A stretch of DNA of 64,000 bases from positions 27,033 through 91,032 of the forward strand of contig CAZOAG010000001.1 in assembly GCA_964577805.1 (NCBI GenBank), read 5' to 3'. Made by a program: the position numbers and the translations under genes. Source of the DNA: an uncultured Opitutales bacterium (GTDB lineage: Bacteria > Verrucomicrobiota > Verrucomicrobiia > Opitutales > JAIRKQ01). Positions 26,819-36,069 of the stretch are shown piece by piece (position 1 is the stretch's first letter; every line of letters starts with the position of its first letter). Below the pieces are notes generated by a model. That model was not told where the DNA came from and searched no databases. It saw only the letters and a program-made list of their open reading frames with translations.

Positions 26819-27448
26819 GTGGGCATTTGTTGGTCTGTGAGAACAAAATATCGTTTGTGTCGATTTCGGAAAGTTGCACATGAAATTTACAAGCAATATG
26901 ATTTTTTCGAGCTCGATGATGATGAGTTTTTGAAACGCTGTTATGTGCTCCAACGATGCGGTGCTGGTATTGTTTTGGGACATCCGAAAAATGGATATGA
27001 TGTTCGTATTGTTGAATTAGAACATTCGCAATGTGGTATTTACGAAAATGTTCCATTGGGGCGTTTTGGAGAGATTTGTTATAAAAGCGGCAGTAACGTA
27101 AAGTTTACGCATACAAAATTATATGGTTTTTGTGATCAACGTGGAAGGATATGGTGTTGTGGCCCCATTAGTATGACAGCAATAGTAGACGGGAAGCGAT
27201 ATTTCCCTTATTGCATTGAACCATTGTTTGAACGTATATGGTGGGTGGTTCGTTGTGAGTTTTATCCTGATATGTCATCTTTTGGACATGATGGGCGAGG
27301 GGTAGTAATTACAACTATTCCGGGGTTATTTTGCACGATTCCGTTTTTTAAAAAATATTTCATGCGGCGGTTACAACGATTCGCTGATAGATTTCCAATT
27401 GCGCATGATTTATCGATAGTTATCAATAACAAACAGAGTTGTGGATAA
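26819..27448 (+). CDS. Hypothetical Cys/Trp-rich protein (209 aa)
   Basis: Uninterrupted 630-nt ORF with a GTG start; there is no in-frame ATG near the 5' end. Contains RIWCCGP and RIWWVVRCEF. No family recognised. Confidence 0.45.
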   Translation: MGICWSVRTKYRLCRFRKVAHEIYKQYDFFELDDDEFLKRCYVLQRCGAGIVLGHPKNGYDVRIVELEHSQCGIYENVPLGRFGEICYKSGSNVKFTHTKLYGFCDQRGRIWCCGPISMTAIVDGKRYFPYCIEPLFERIWWVVRCEFYPDMSSFGHDGRGVVITTIPGLFCTIPFFKKYFMRRLQRFADRFPIAHDLSIVINNKQSCG

Positions 27449-27697
27449 AAGACGAAGAATAATTTTTTGATTGTTTTTGACGAAATTTTTTAGTGATTTT
27501 GACTTCACTGTAGTTTATGGATAAATTCGAATGAGTCATTCTTGCGTCTTTGTGGAATAATTGTACACGGAAGACTATTTTTAAATGACAAAATTTTTAC
27601 GAGAATAAATGTTCCCAACAGATTTTACAGTACAAGCATGAACAAATGATTCCACTATAATTCGAAACATGTGGAAATTATACGCGATAAGATCGTT

Positions 27698-28792
27698 TTA
27701 TTGCGAAATTATTTGGTCAGATGTTGTTTGTTGAGATTGTTCTTCATCAACACTTTCAGCCAATACTGTTCCGCCTGATACATGAACGATCTTTTTGATT
27801 TCATCTTCTAATGCTTTTTCTACATCAGGATTATTTTTTAAATATTGTTTTGCGGCTTCTCGCCCTTGTCCGATCAATTTGCCGTTATGTGCTATCCACG
27901 CACCTTTTTTTTCTAGTATTTTATGCTCAAGTCCGATGTCGATAATTGATCCTGTGCGAGATATTCCCTCATTAAACATAATATCGAATTCGCATTCAGT
28001 AAATGGAGCAGCCACTTTGTTTTTTACAATCTTTACTCGTGTGCGGTTACCACTTACTCTGCCAGAATTTTCTTTGATTTGGTTGATTCGTCGAATGTCC
28101 ATTCTTACAGACGAAAAGAACTTCAGTGCACGTCCACCAGGTGTAGTTTCAGGATTTCCGAACATTACACCGATTTTTTCTCTTATTTGATTAGTAAAAA
28201 TACATATACATTTGGATTTGCTGATGGCGGATGTCAACCTGCGCATGGCCTGGCTCATCATTCGTGCTTGTGCGCCGACAGTAACATCTCCTACCTGTCC
28301 ATCGAGTTCCGCTTTTGAAACAAGCGCTGCAACAGAATCCACAACAATGACATCGATTGCGCCTGATCGTATTAATGTTTCTGTAATGTTTAACGCATCT
28401 TCCCCATTTTCCGGTTGTGCCACGATTAAACTGTTTAAATCAACACCGACTACTTTAGCATATCGTGGATCAAGGGCATGTTCAACATCGATAAAAACAG
28501 CATTGCCTCCTTGCCTTTGTGCCTCTGCAATAACACTAAGACAGAATGTAGTTTTTCCAGATGATTCTGGGCCAAAGATTTCACATATTCTTCCGCGAGG
28601 AAGACCGCCAACACCGAGTGCAAGGTCCAGTGCTAGTGAGCCAGTTGAAATGACAGAAATATCCATTTTCTTGGTATCTCCGAGTTTCATAATAGATCCT
28701 TCACCAAATTGTTTATTTATGGCTGCCATTGCTAGATCTATTGTTTGAGCGTCTTTTTGCGAGCTGGCTTCTTGCTTCATGACTGACAACAC
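27698..28792 (-). CDS. recA: Recombinase A
   Basis: Contains GPESSGKTT (Walker A), [17 protein letters not shown] and [26 protein letters not shown]. Confidence 0.95.
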   Translation of the reverse strand: MLSVMKQEASSQKDAQTIDLAMAAINKQFGEGSIMKLGDTKKMDISVISTGSLALDLALGVGGLPRGRICEIFGPESSGKTTFCLSVIAEAQRQGGNAVFIDVEHALDPRYAKVVGVDLNSLIVAQPENGEDALNITETLIRSGAIDVIVVDSVAALVSKAELDGQVGDVTVGAQARMMSQAMRRLTSAISKSKCICIFTNQIREKIGVMFGNPETTPGGRALKFFSSVRMDIRRINQIKENSGRVSGNRTRVKIVKNKVAAPFTECEFDIMFNEGISRTGSIIDIGLEHKILEKKGAWIAHNGKLIGQGREAAKQYLKNNPDVEKALEDEIKKIVHVSGGTVLAESVDEEQSQQTTSDQIISQ

Positions 28793-28871
28793 ATAATAGA
28801 GGTTGTTTAATAATCAAGCATGATTTTTTCTGGAGATTTTTTGTAAAATGACCTATATGTGATAGGTAATA

Positions 28872-29270
28872 ATGAAATGTTCATGCAATAAAGATGCAAT
28901 AGGTAAGTTGATTATTCGCGCTGTTTTAGGAGTATTATTTGCTGCGAAGGGTATAAAGTTTTTTGTTGGAGGAAAGACTGCATTAATCGCTTTTGGAAAA
29001 ATTTTAAGCACAATAGGAATCACATTTTGGCCATTGTATTTTGGATGGGTATTGGCGTGTGTTTGCGTGGTTTGCGGAATGACATTATTGTTGGGTGTGT
29101 TTTTTAAAACAACAACATTTTTATTAGGGACGATATTGTTGTTAGATACGATATGCAAATATTATATGGGATATCGTGTGTTCGACGCTGTTGCGTATTC
29201 TGCAATGATTGTTGCTGTGATGTATGGAATGATGTTCGTTGGGGCTGGGGAATACGCTGTTCAAAAATGA
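28872..29270 (+). CDS. DoxX-family membrane protein
   Basis: 132 aa with four hydrophobic helices. The N-terminal LIIRAVLGVLFAAKGIKFF resembles the DoxX signature (l.llRi.lG..f...G..K). Confidence 0.5.
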   Translation: MKCSCNKDAIGKLIIRAVLGVLFAAKGIKFFVGGKTALIAFGKILSTIGITFWPLYFGWVLACVCVVCGMTLLLGVFFKTTTFLLGTILLLDTICKYYMGYRVFDAVAYSAMIVAVMYGMMFVGAGEYAVQK

Positions 29271-29313
29271 ATATTGGTCTTGATTGTAAAATAAATCAGA
29301 TAGGATAGGTAGC

Positions 29314-29583
29314 ATGGCTGAAATGATTGTCCGGATTGTGATGTTTCTTTTGGTATTGTCTGTCTGTGGTGGCATTATTGTTATGCTATCTCGTCGCGGA
29401 CGGTTTTCTTTTGGAAATATTGTGCCCGATAAAGATAATATTCGCGTTGTTTCTACACGTAATTTGGGCGGAGGAAAAATGTTGGTAGCAGTTGAGCATA
29501 TGGGGACGCATTTTTTATTAGTTGTCACGCCAGAAGATATTAAAAAATTGTCGGAATGGCCAGTTGTTGCTGTAGAAGAGTAG
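29314..29583 (+). CDS. FliO-like small membrane protein
   Basis: 89 aa with one N-terminal TM and a basic anchor (VMLSRRGRF). The segment IRVVSTRNLGGGKMLVAVEHMGTHFLLVVTPEDIKKLSEWP aligns with the E. coli FliO core as I recall it (LKISASASLGARERVVVVDVEDARLVLGVTAGQINLLHKLP). Confidence 0.55.
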   Translation: MAEMIVRIVMFLLVLSVCGGIIVMLSRRGRFSFGNIVPDKDNIRVVSTRNLGGGKMLVAVEHMGTHFLLVVTPEDIKKLSEWPVVAVEE

Positions 29584-29732
29584 AGTTGTTTTTGCATATT
29601 TTTGATATATGCAATTTAGAGTTAGCTTGTGACATCTGTTGATTGTTATTGTTTAATATGCCATTTAATTGACAAGATGATGTCTTGATTTGTCAGTTGA
29701 CATTGTTTTGTAAAATCTTCATGGTGAGACAT

Positions 29733-30518
29733 ATGGACATCATAGATAGTCATTGCCATTTGGATGATTTTTATGCTGATGGTACGATATCGGATGTTAT
29801 GTCGCGTGCGCGTGCTGCACAAGTAAGGAGATTTATTGCTGTTGGAACGTGTTATGCAGATTGGCAGTTTTATTCGAAGTTTGTCAAAGAGAATAATGAT
29901 ATATATTACACAGTAGGATTACATCCATTATATGTTGAGCATAGTAGTGATCTTGAGCATATTGTGGATTTTTTGAAGGATGATAAATTAGTTGCTATTG
30001 GTGAAATTGGACTAGATTATCATAGGTTGCCAGGTGATGTTGATGAAAAAGAACGTGAAATTGAAGCACAAAAAGCGATGTTTATGCAACAATTAATGAT
30101 TGCAAAAGAACATGATTTGCCAGTTGTGATTCATTCTCGTGATGCATTTGATGATACAATAGATTTATTGAAATTTTCAGGCATTTCTTCTGATAAAATT
30201 AATATTCATTGTTATGATTATGGCCTGCAAGAAATGAGGCAATTAATGGATTTTGGTTGTTATGTATCATTTTCAGGGATATTAACATATAAAGGATCAT
30301 TGGCAGAGCCGTTTAAAATTGTTCGTAACGATAGATTAATGATAGAAACAGACTGTCCATTTTTAACGCCTGTTCCGTATAGAAAAAAACGTAATGAACC
30401 TGCATTCCTTCGAGAAACTGCTATCTTTGGTGCAAATTTATTGAATTGTCGCGAGCAAGATTTTTGTCGCTTGACTTATGATAACACGGGACGATTCTTC
30501 GGATTGAACAATGTTTAG
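29733..30518 (+). CDS. tatD: TatD-family metal-dependent hydrolase/DNase
   Basis: Contains MDIIDSHCHLD, GEIGLDYH, VVIHSRDA and ETDCPFL. ATG at 29721 is an alternative start. Confidence 0.85.
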   Translation: MDIIDSHCHLDDFYADGTISDVMSRARAAQVRRFIAVGTCYADWQFYSKFVKENNDIYYTVGLHPLYVEHSSDLEHIVDFLKDDKLVAIGEIGLDYHRLPGDVDEKEREIEAQKAMFMQQLMIAKEHDLPVVIHSRDAFDDTIDLLKFSGISSDKINIHCYDYGLQEMRQLMDFGCYVSFSGILTYKGSLAEPFKIVRNDRLMIETDCPFLTPVPYRKKRNEPAFLRETAIFGANLLNCREQDFCRLTYDNTGRFFGLNNV

Positions 30519-30520
30519 TA

Positions 30521-31798
30521 GTGGAAAATAAATTAGTACACGAGCAAAAACAAATACAGAAATTGTCTCAATCTATGAGGCAATCGTTGGATGTTTTGCA
30601 GATGTCGACAAAGGACCTTTATGCATGGGTATCACGAGAATGTGTAAAAAATCCAACTATTGAAATGCAGGATGTTGCGCGTAAGGTGTGTTTCAAAAAT
30701 GATTCTGATGACCATCAGGCAATGATGGAAAATATAGCCGAACGTCGGTCATTACAGGATCATTTGTTGAGTCAAGTTCCAGATTGGACGCAGGAAAGAA
30801 AGGATTCGTTACTATTATTGTTATCATGTTTAAATGATCGTGGATTTCTTGATCGCGATATGGTTGATGTGTCGAAAATATTAAATATGTCATTAGACGA
30901 TGCTATGTTATTGCGAAATGATTTGATGTACCTTGATCCATGTGGGATAGGGGCAATGTCATTAAAGGAATGTTTGTGTGTGCAACTATGTGATATGGAT
31001 GATGGTGGAGATGAAATCGCATTAGCAAAAAAGATATTAGAGAAATACTTTGATGTTTTGCAGTCAGGTAATATCGATGTGTTGGTCAGTAAATTAGGAG
31101 TGTCTCGTGACGATATTTTGCAGTCAGGAAGGCGTATTATGCGCATGCGATTTTCGCCTATTTCAGGGTTTGTTAACGATGCAATTGTTGTTGCTGCTGA
31201 TATTCGTATTTGCAAACGTGATGGAGAATGGGAGATAATATTTAACGATGATTCATTGCCGAATATTCGTTATACTCAATTATATCGTGAAGCGGCTGTT
31301 CATGGTAATGGCTATACTTCCGCTGATTGGAAATATATAAAACAACAGGCAAACAATGGTCGTAAGTTGGGCGAGTCATTGGTGAAACGCCGTGAAACGT
31401 TATTGGAGATCAGTAAAATAATTCTTGATCGTCAAATCGATTTTTTTGAACACGGAAAAACTTTTTTACATTCTTTGCGATTAAAAGATGTAGCCAAGGT
31501 GCTTGGTTTGAATATTTCTACGATATGTCGTGCTGTACAAAATAAATATGTAAATACTCCACATGGAACATATCCAATGTCATATTTTTTTGATTATGGA
31601 AACGATAACATGGGGACATTTTCACAATCTGCTATAATGCAACGCATTCGTGATATTATCGATGGAAAAGGCGATCGGTTGTCAGATCGAGGAATTTCTG
31701 AGGCTCTAAAATGCGATGGTATTATAATTTCACGTCGTACTGTAGCAAAATATCGGCAAAGCATGGGTGTCCCGTCATTGCGTAGGCGAATAAAATGA
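30521..31798 (+). CDS. rpoN: RNA polymerase sigma-54 factor
   Basis: GTG start. Gln/Leu-rich region I (QKQIQKLSQSMRQSLDVLQMS) and a C-terminal RpoN box (ISRRTVAKYRQSMGVPS). Short for the family at 425 aa. Confidence 0.88.
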   Translation: MENKLVHEQKQIQKLSQSMRQSLDVLQMSTKDLYAWVSRECVKNPTIEMQDVARKVCFKNDSDDHQAMMENIAERRSLQDHLLSQVPDWTQERKDSLLLLLSCLNDRGFLDRDMVDVSKILNMSLDDAMLLRNDLMYLDPCGIGAMSLKECLCVQLCDMDDGGDEIALAKKILEKYFDVLQSGNIDVLVSKLGVSRDDILQSGRRIMRMRFSPISGFVNDAIVVAADIRICKRDGEWEIIFNDDSLPNIRYTQLYREAAVHGNGYTSADWKYIKQQANNGRKLGESLVKRRETLLEISKIILDRQIDFFEHGKTFLHSLRLKDVAKVLGLNISTICRAVQNKYVNTPHGTYPMSYFFDYGNDNMGTFSQSAIMQRIRDIIDGKGDRLSDRGISEALKCDGIIISRRTVAKYRQSMGVPSLRRRIK

Positions 31799-31889
31799 TT
31801 GATTAAGTTATTTTTAATATAAATGTACCTGTATTTACATTTTTTATCTCGACATTTTTTTTTATAAATTGAGTATGTGGAAACTGTCT

Positions 31890-31979
31890 GGAGAGATGGC
31901 AGAGTGGTTGATTGCGTCGGTCTTGAAAACCGAAGTGCCGGTGACGGTACCGTGGGTTCGAATCCCTCTCTCTCCGCCA
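31890..31979 (+). tRNA. tRNA-Ser (anticodon UGA)
   Basis: 90 nt. Acceptor GGAGAGA/TCTCTCC, anticodon loop CTTGAAA, long variable arm (GTGCCGGTGACGGTACC), T loop GGTTCGAATCC, and an encoded CCA. Confidence 0.9.
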
Positions 31980-32028
31980 TATAAAATTTCTTGATTTTCT
32001 GCGCTGTCTTTATCATTATTGCCATTTA

Positions 32029-32964
32029 ATGGCAGGTTCTCATTATGTTACTTCGGATTGGTTGGCGAAAGAGTTGTGCGATATTCATTTTTTGTTAGGC
32101 AGGTTGTTCGATGTTGACATTGAGGTCTCTGATGAATTTTACGTGTTGTGTGATGATGAGAATGTTGCTCTGAGTCGAGTCATTGAGTGCTCGCGTAGTG
32201 GTGAAATTACAGCGGATGACATTGTATCTATTGCCAATATTTTTTGTGAAAATGGGTGCCGGTTTGAGAAATATCGTTTGGAGCCAGATATTATCTATGA
32301 TAAATCCAGTGGCGATATTTTGTATATGTCACCGTTGCCAGATGAGTTATCAGTATTAATGGATAGATTTGTTAATGAATTGCATAATTGTGATCCTTCT
32401 GTAGTACGAGCGGCAGACTGTTGTTGTCAATTAATGACATATTGGGCGTTTGGAGAGTATACATTTTCTGTAGGAGTTTGTGTGGCTTTGATGATATTGT
32501 CTAAGACAGGATTTAAAGATTTGATGTTGCGTGCCATTTTTGGGCGATTGATTGCTAATAAAGAGCGGTTGTTATCGTGTTTTTTTGAATTGGGTTCGGA
32601 AAATTACTATGATGGACGATGTGATGTTGATATTTCAAAATTTATCATATTGTTTTGCGAAATTATTCATGATGCGTTGAGTAACGATATAAAATTGGCA
32701 AATAACAGTGATATTCAAGTTATTTCTGATGAGAAACAGTTGTTAATGATGGAGTTGCCAGAGGAACAATGTAAGATTATCGATAGATTTCGTAAAAAAC
32801 GTACAATAACTTCTTCCGACATAGAAGAAATTTTAAATGTGTCTAATCGGCAGGCGCGTTCATTATGTTCTCGATGGATGGCATCAGGATTTTTATCGAT
32901 ACAAGATTCTTCTAAACGAGCGCGCAGGTATGCAATAGGGAGGGCATTCATAAAGTATTTATAG
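32029..32964 (+). CDS. Fic/DOC-fold protein with degenerate active-site motif plus C-terminal wHTH
   Basis: The architecture tracks COG3177-type Fic proteins. It has an inhibitory-helix-like SRVIEC (canonical S/TxxxE[G/N]) and the segment YMSPLPDELSVLMDRFVNEL. The position of HPFx[D/E]GNGRxxR reads WAFGEYTFSVGV. The C-terminus TSSDIEEILNVSNRQARSLCSRWMASGFL is wHTH-like. Confidence 0.5.
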   Translation: MAGSHYVTSDWLAKELCDIHFLLGRLFDVDIEVSDEFYVLCDDENVALSRVIECSRSGEITADDIVSIANIFCENGCRFEKYRLEPDIIYDKSSGDILYMSPLPDELSVLMDRFVNELHNCDPSVVRAADCCCQLMTYWAFGEYTFSVGVCVALMILSKTGFKDLMLRAIFGRLIANKERLLSCFFELGSENYYDGRCDVDISKFIILFCEIIHDALSNDIKLANNSDIQVISDEKQLLMMELPEEQCKIIDRFRKKRTITSSDIEEILNVSNRQARSLCSRWMASGFLSIQDSSKRARRYAIGRAFIKYL

Positions 32965-33123
32965 TGATGACATATCGAGCGATGTGTTAAAAAATGTATT
33001 AAAATTTTGTGTCATAAAATTTTTGTACTGTTATTTTTTGTTGAAAACTGATTATTGAAACAATATAAGGTCGACGATATTGTGTTTTATGTTTAATTCT
33101 CGAAAATAGATAGAGATAAAAAG

Positions 33124-36069
33124 ATGATAGGTAGGTTTTTTAAGTTGTTTGCTGGGCATAATCATAGGAAGTTTATAAAACAATGTTCTCCGATTGTTGC
33201 AGAAATTAATCGTCGTGAAATCGAATTACAGGCATTGTCAGATGATGATGTTTCAAAAAAATCGGATGACCTGAAGCGACGGGTTGCGAACGGCGAATCG
33301 TTAAACAGCGTGTTGCCAGAAGCGTTTGCTCTTGTAAAAAATGTTGCTCGTAGATTGTGTGGCAAGGAAATAGAAGTATGTGGCAATAAGTTACAATGGA
33401 ACATGGTGCATTATGATGTGCAATTGATCGGCGGTATTGCATTGCATCAAGGAAAAATTTGTGAAATGGCAACTGGTGAAGGAAAAACATTGGTCGCCAC
33501 ATTGCCGTTGTATTTAAACGCATTGACTGGTAAAAATTGTCAGTTGGTAACGGTCAATGATTATCTTGCTCGTCGAGATGCTGAGTGGATGGGGTATTTG
33601 TATCGGTTCTTGGGGATCACTGTTGGATGTCTTCAGAATCAAATGGGAAATGAAGAGCGAAAAGCAGCATACAATTGTAATATTACATATGGTACAGCAT
33701 CAGAGTTTGGTTTTGATTATCTACGCGATAATGGCATGGCAATGTCTTCTGATGAGCAAGTGCAACGTGATCATTATTTTTGTATCGTTGATGAGGTCGA
33801 TTCTGTTCTTATAGATGAAGCGCGTACACCATTGATCATTTCTGGTGCTGCTCCGAAGACAGACGAAGTAATTCCGTATGTTGAAATGCGGCCTATGGTC
33901 GAACGATTGGTTGAATTGCAACAAAAGTTATGTAATCGGCTGGCATCAGAAGCGAAAGTATTATTAGAGAATAGTAATGAAGAATATAACCGTGATGCTT
34001 ATAAGAAATTATGGCAAGTGAAATTAGGAATGCCAAAGAACCGGCAATTTTTTCGGTTGATGGAGGATGGTACGTTTAGGAAAAATTTTGATAAATTTGA
34101 CCTTGAAATGAGTTCTGAATTATTTCGTTCAGAAAAACAGCAAACAAAAGAAGAATTGTTTTATTGTGTTGATGAGAAAGATCAGCAATCTGATCTGACA
34201 GAATTAGGTCGCAGGACGATATCTAATGATGAATATGCATTCGTTTTGCCAGATTTGCCGACTGTTTTTTCAGAAATTGAAGCAAATGCAGAATTGACTG
34301 AATCAGGGAAAGCAGATGCTAAACAGGCAGCCGAAAGGGAATATTCTGATAAAAGCATGCGAATACATTGTCTTAATCAATTGTTGCGTGCTTATTCATT
34401 ATACAATCGCGATGAACAATATGCGATTTTAGAAGGGAAAGTAGTAATCATCGATGAGAATACTGGTCGTGCTATGCCTGGTCGTCGTTGGAGCGATGGG
34501 TTGCATCAAGCGATAGAGGCCAAAGAAGGCATTACTGTTGAGAGGGAATCGTGTACGTATGCTACAATTACTTTGCAAAATTATTTCCGTATGTACGACA
34601 AGCTAGCAGGGATGACAGGTACGGCAGAGACTGAAGCGCAGGAGTTCAATGATATTTATAGACTTCCAGTAGTTGTCATTCCTCCAAATCGTCCATGTTT
34701 GCGAAAAGATCTGGATGACGAAATTTATAAAACACGACGTGAAAAATATAATGCTGTATTGGCAGAAATAAAATCAGCACATAAAAAAGGACAACCAGTT
34801 CTAGTAGGCACTACGTCGGTTGAATCATCAGAGGTGTTGAGCAAGATGCTAAAAAGTGATAATATTCCGCATAATGTTTTGAATGCAAAGTATCATCAAC
34901 AGGAAGCAGAAATCGTCGCACAAGCTGGTCAAAAAGGAGCAGTCACAATAGCTACTAATATGGCTGGTCGTGGGACAGATATTCGATTGGGAGATGGAGT
35001 TGCTGAGCTTGGTGGTTTGTATGTCATTGGAACAGAGCGTCATGAATCCCGACGGGTTGATAGGCAGTTACGTGGTCGTTGTTCTCGACAAGGCGATCCT
35101 GGGATGGCGAAATTCTTTGTATCATTGGAAGATAATTTGATGCGTATTTTTGCGTCAGCAGGCCCGATTGCACGATTGTTGCAAAAAACATTCAAAGAGG
35201 GTGAAGTATTAGCACATCCATTATTAAATCGTTCTATAGAGACTGCGCAGAAAAAAGTAGAACAATATTATTATTCGATACGAAAACGCTTATTGCAATA
35301 TGATGACGTGTTAAATCGGCAAAGGGAAATAATTTACGCATTGCGTAGTGATGCTTTGTCAGAGGATAATGTTCGAAATGTTATTTTTGAGATTATCAGT
35401 AATGAAATTGACATGCGGGTGGATAAATTGCCTTTTGCACAGAAAGTATCAATTGACGTCGAGCAAGTATCGCAATTATTATCATGGACGAATATAAATT
35501 TCCCTATCAATCTGAAATTATCAGAGATTGATGGTCTTTCATCAGAGGAAGTAAAGAGTACGATTTTTTCAAAAGTAAAAAATGTTTATGACATCAAGGA
35601 GTCAAGTGATGATAGTACCGCATTACGTGCCGTTGAACGATATTTGTTGATTAGTGCAATTGACCGTAATTGGCAGAATCATTTGACGGAAATGGATGCC
35701 TTGCGTAGTAGTGTTGGATTACGTGGTTACGGTCAGAGAGATCCAATTAATGAATATAGGACAGAAGCATTTGAGTATTTTGAGTCAATGTTGAGACAGA
35801 TCAATGCTGATGTTTGTGCAAAAGTATTTCGGTCAGCTGGTAGTGTTGAAGCATTTGAGAGGATGTTGCATAGCATTCGTAATAATATTACATTATCTGG
35901 TGGGGATGGTGCTAATAATTCTGTTGAACAGCAACATCGGCAGGAAAAAAATAAGAAAATGATGAATGCTGTTGTTGCAAATCATTCGACAGAACCAAAG
36001 GTCAATCGGAATGATTTATGTCCATGTGGAAGCGGGAAGAAATATAAGAAATGTTGCGGGGCAAAATAG
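33124..36069 (+). CDS. secA: Preprotein translocase ATPase SecA
   Basis: Contains MATGEGKTLVATLP (Walker A), IVDEVDSVLIDEARTPLIISG, TNMAGRGTDI and a C-terminal zinc finger CPCGSGKKYKKCCG. Confidence 0.97.
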   Translation: MIGRFFKLFAGHNHRKFIKQCSPIVAEINRREIELQALSDDDVSKKSDDLKRRVANGESLNSVLPEAFALVKNVARRLCGKEIEVCGNKLQWNMVHYDVQLIGGIALHQGKICEMATGEGKTLVATLPLYLNALTGKNCQLVTVNDYLARRDAEWMGYLYRFLGITVGCLQNQMGNEERKAAYNCNITYGTASEFGFDYLRDNGMAMSSDEQVQRDHYFCIVDEVDSVLIDEARTPLIISGAAPKTDEVIPYVEMRPMVERLVELQQKLCNRLASEAKVLLENSNEEYNRDAYKKLWQVKLGMPKNRQFFRLMEDGTFRKNFDKFDLEMSSELFRSEKQQTKEELFYCVDEKDQQSDLTELGRRTISNDEYAFVLPDLPTVFSEIEANAELTESGKADAKQAAEREYSDKSMRIHCLNQLLRAYSLYNRDEQYAILEGKVVIIDENTGRAMPGRRWSDGLHQAIEAKEGITVERESCTYATITLQNYFRMYDKLAGMTGTAETEAQEFNDIYRLPVVVIPPNRPCLRKDLDDEIYKTRREKYNAVLAEIKSAHKKGQPVLVGTTSVESSEVLSKMLKSDNIPHNVLNAKYHQQEAEIVAQAGQKGAVTIATNMAGRGTDIRLGDGVAELGGLYVIGTERHESRRVDRQLRGRCSRQGDPGMAKFFVSLEDNLMRIFASAGPIARLLQKTFKEGEVLAHPLLNRSIETAQKKVEQYYYSIRKRLLQYDDVLNRQREIIYALRSDALSEDNVRNVIFEIISNEIDMRVDKLPFAQKVSIDVEQVSQLLSWTNINFPINLKLSEIDGLSSEEVKSTIFSKVKNVYDIKESSDDSTALRAVERYLLISAIDRNWQNHLTEMDALRSSVGLRGYGQRDPINEYRTEAFEYFESMLRQINADVCAKVFRSAGSVEAFERMLHSIRNNITLSGGDGANNSVEQQHRQEKNKKMMNAVVANHSTEPKVNRNDLCPCGSGKKYKKCCGAK

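Noticed and set aside
27448..27551. 12-13 nt inverted repeat (aaagacgaagaat ... attcttgcgtcttt) separated by about 77 nt, downstream of the Cys/Trp-rich ORF
   Set aside because: It is imperfect (one bulge), has a very long loop and no following T-run. It is not convincing as a terminator or a structured RNA.
27795..28748. Plus-strand ORFs of 131, 79 and 178 aa inside recA
   Set aside because: They are antisense to a near-canonical recA, and their composition (Ser/Pro/Thr/Ile-rich) is typical of shadow ORFs.
31594..32025. 143-aa minus-strand ORF spanning the rpoN 3' end and the tRNA-Ser gene
   Set aside because: It runs antisense through a perfect tRNA-Ser cloverleaf and through the RpoN box, so it is not credible as a gene.
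32965..33123. Direct repeats of the tRNA 3' ends downstream of the two tRNA-adjacent orphans (after 32964 and after 57017), which would delimit integrated islets
   Set aside because: I found no copy of the tRNA-Ser or tRNA(CAU) 3' segments in the downstream spacers, and there is no integrase. The island hypothesis remains an inference only.
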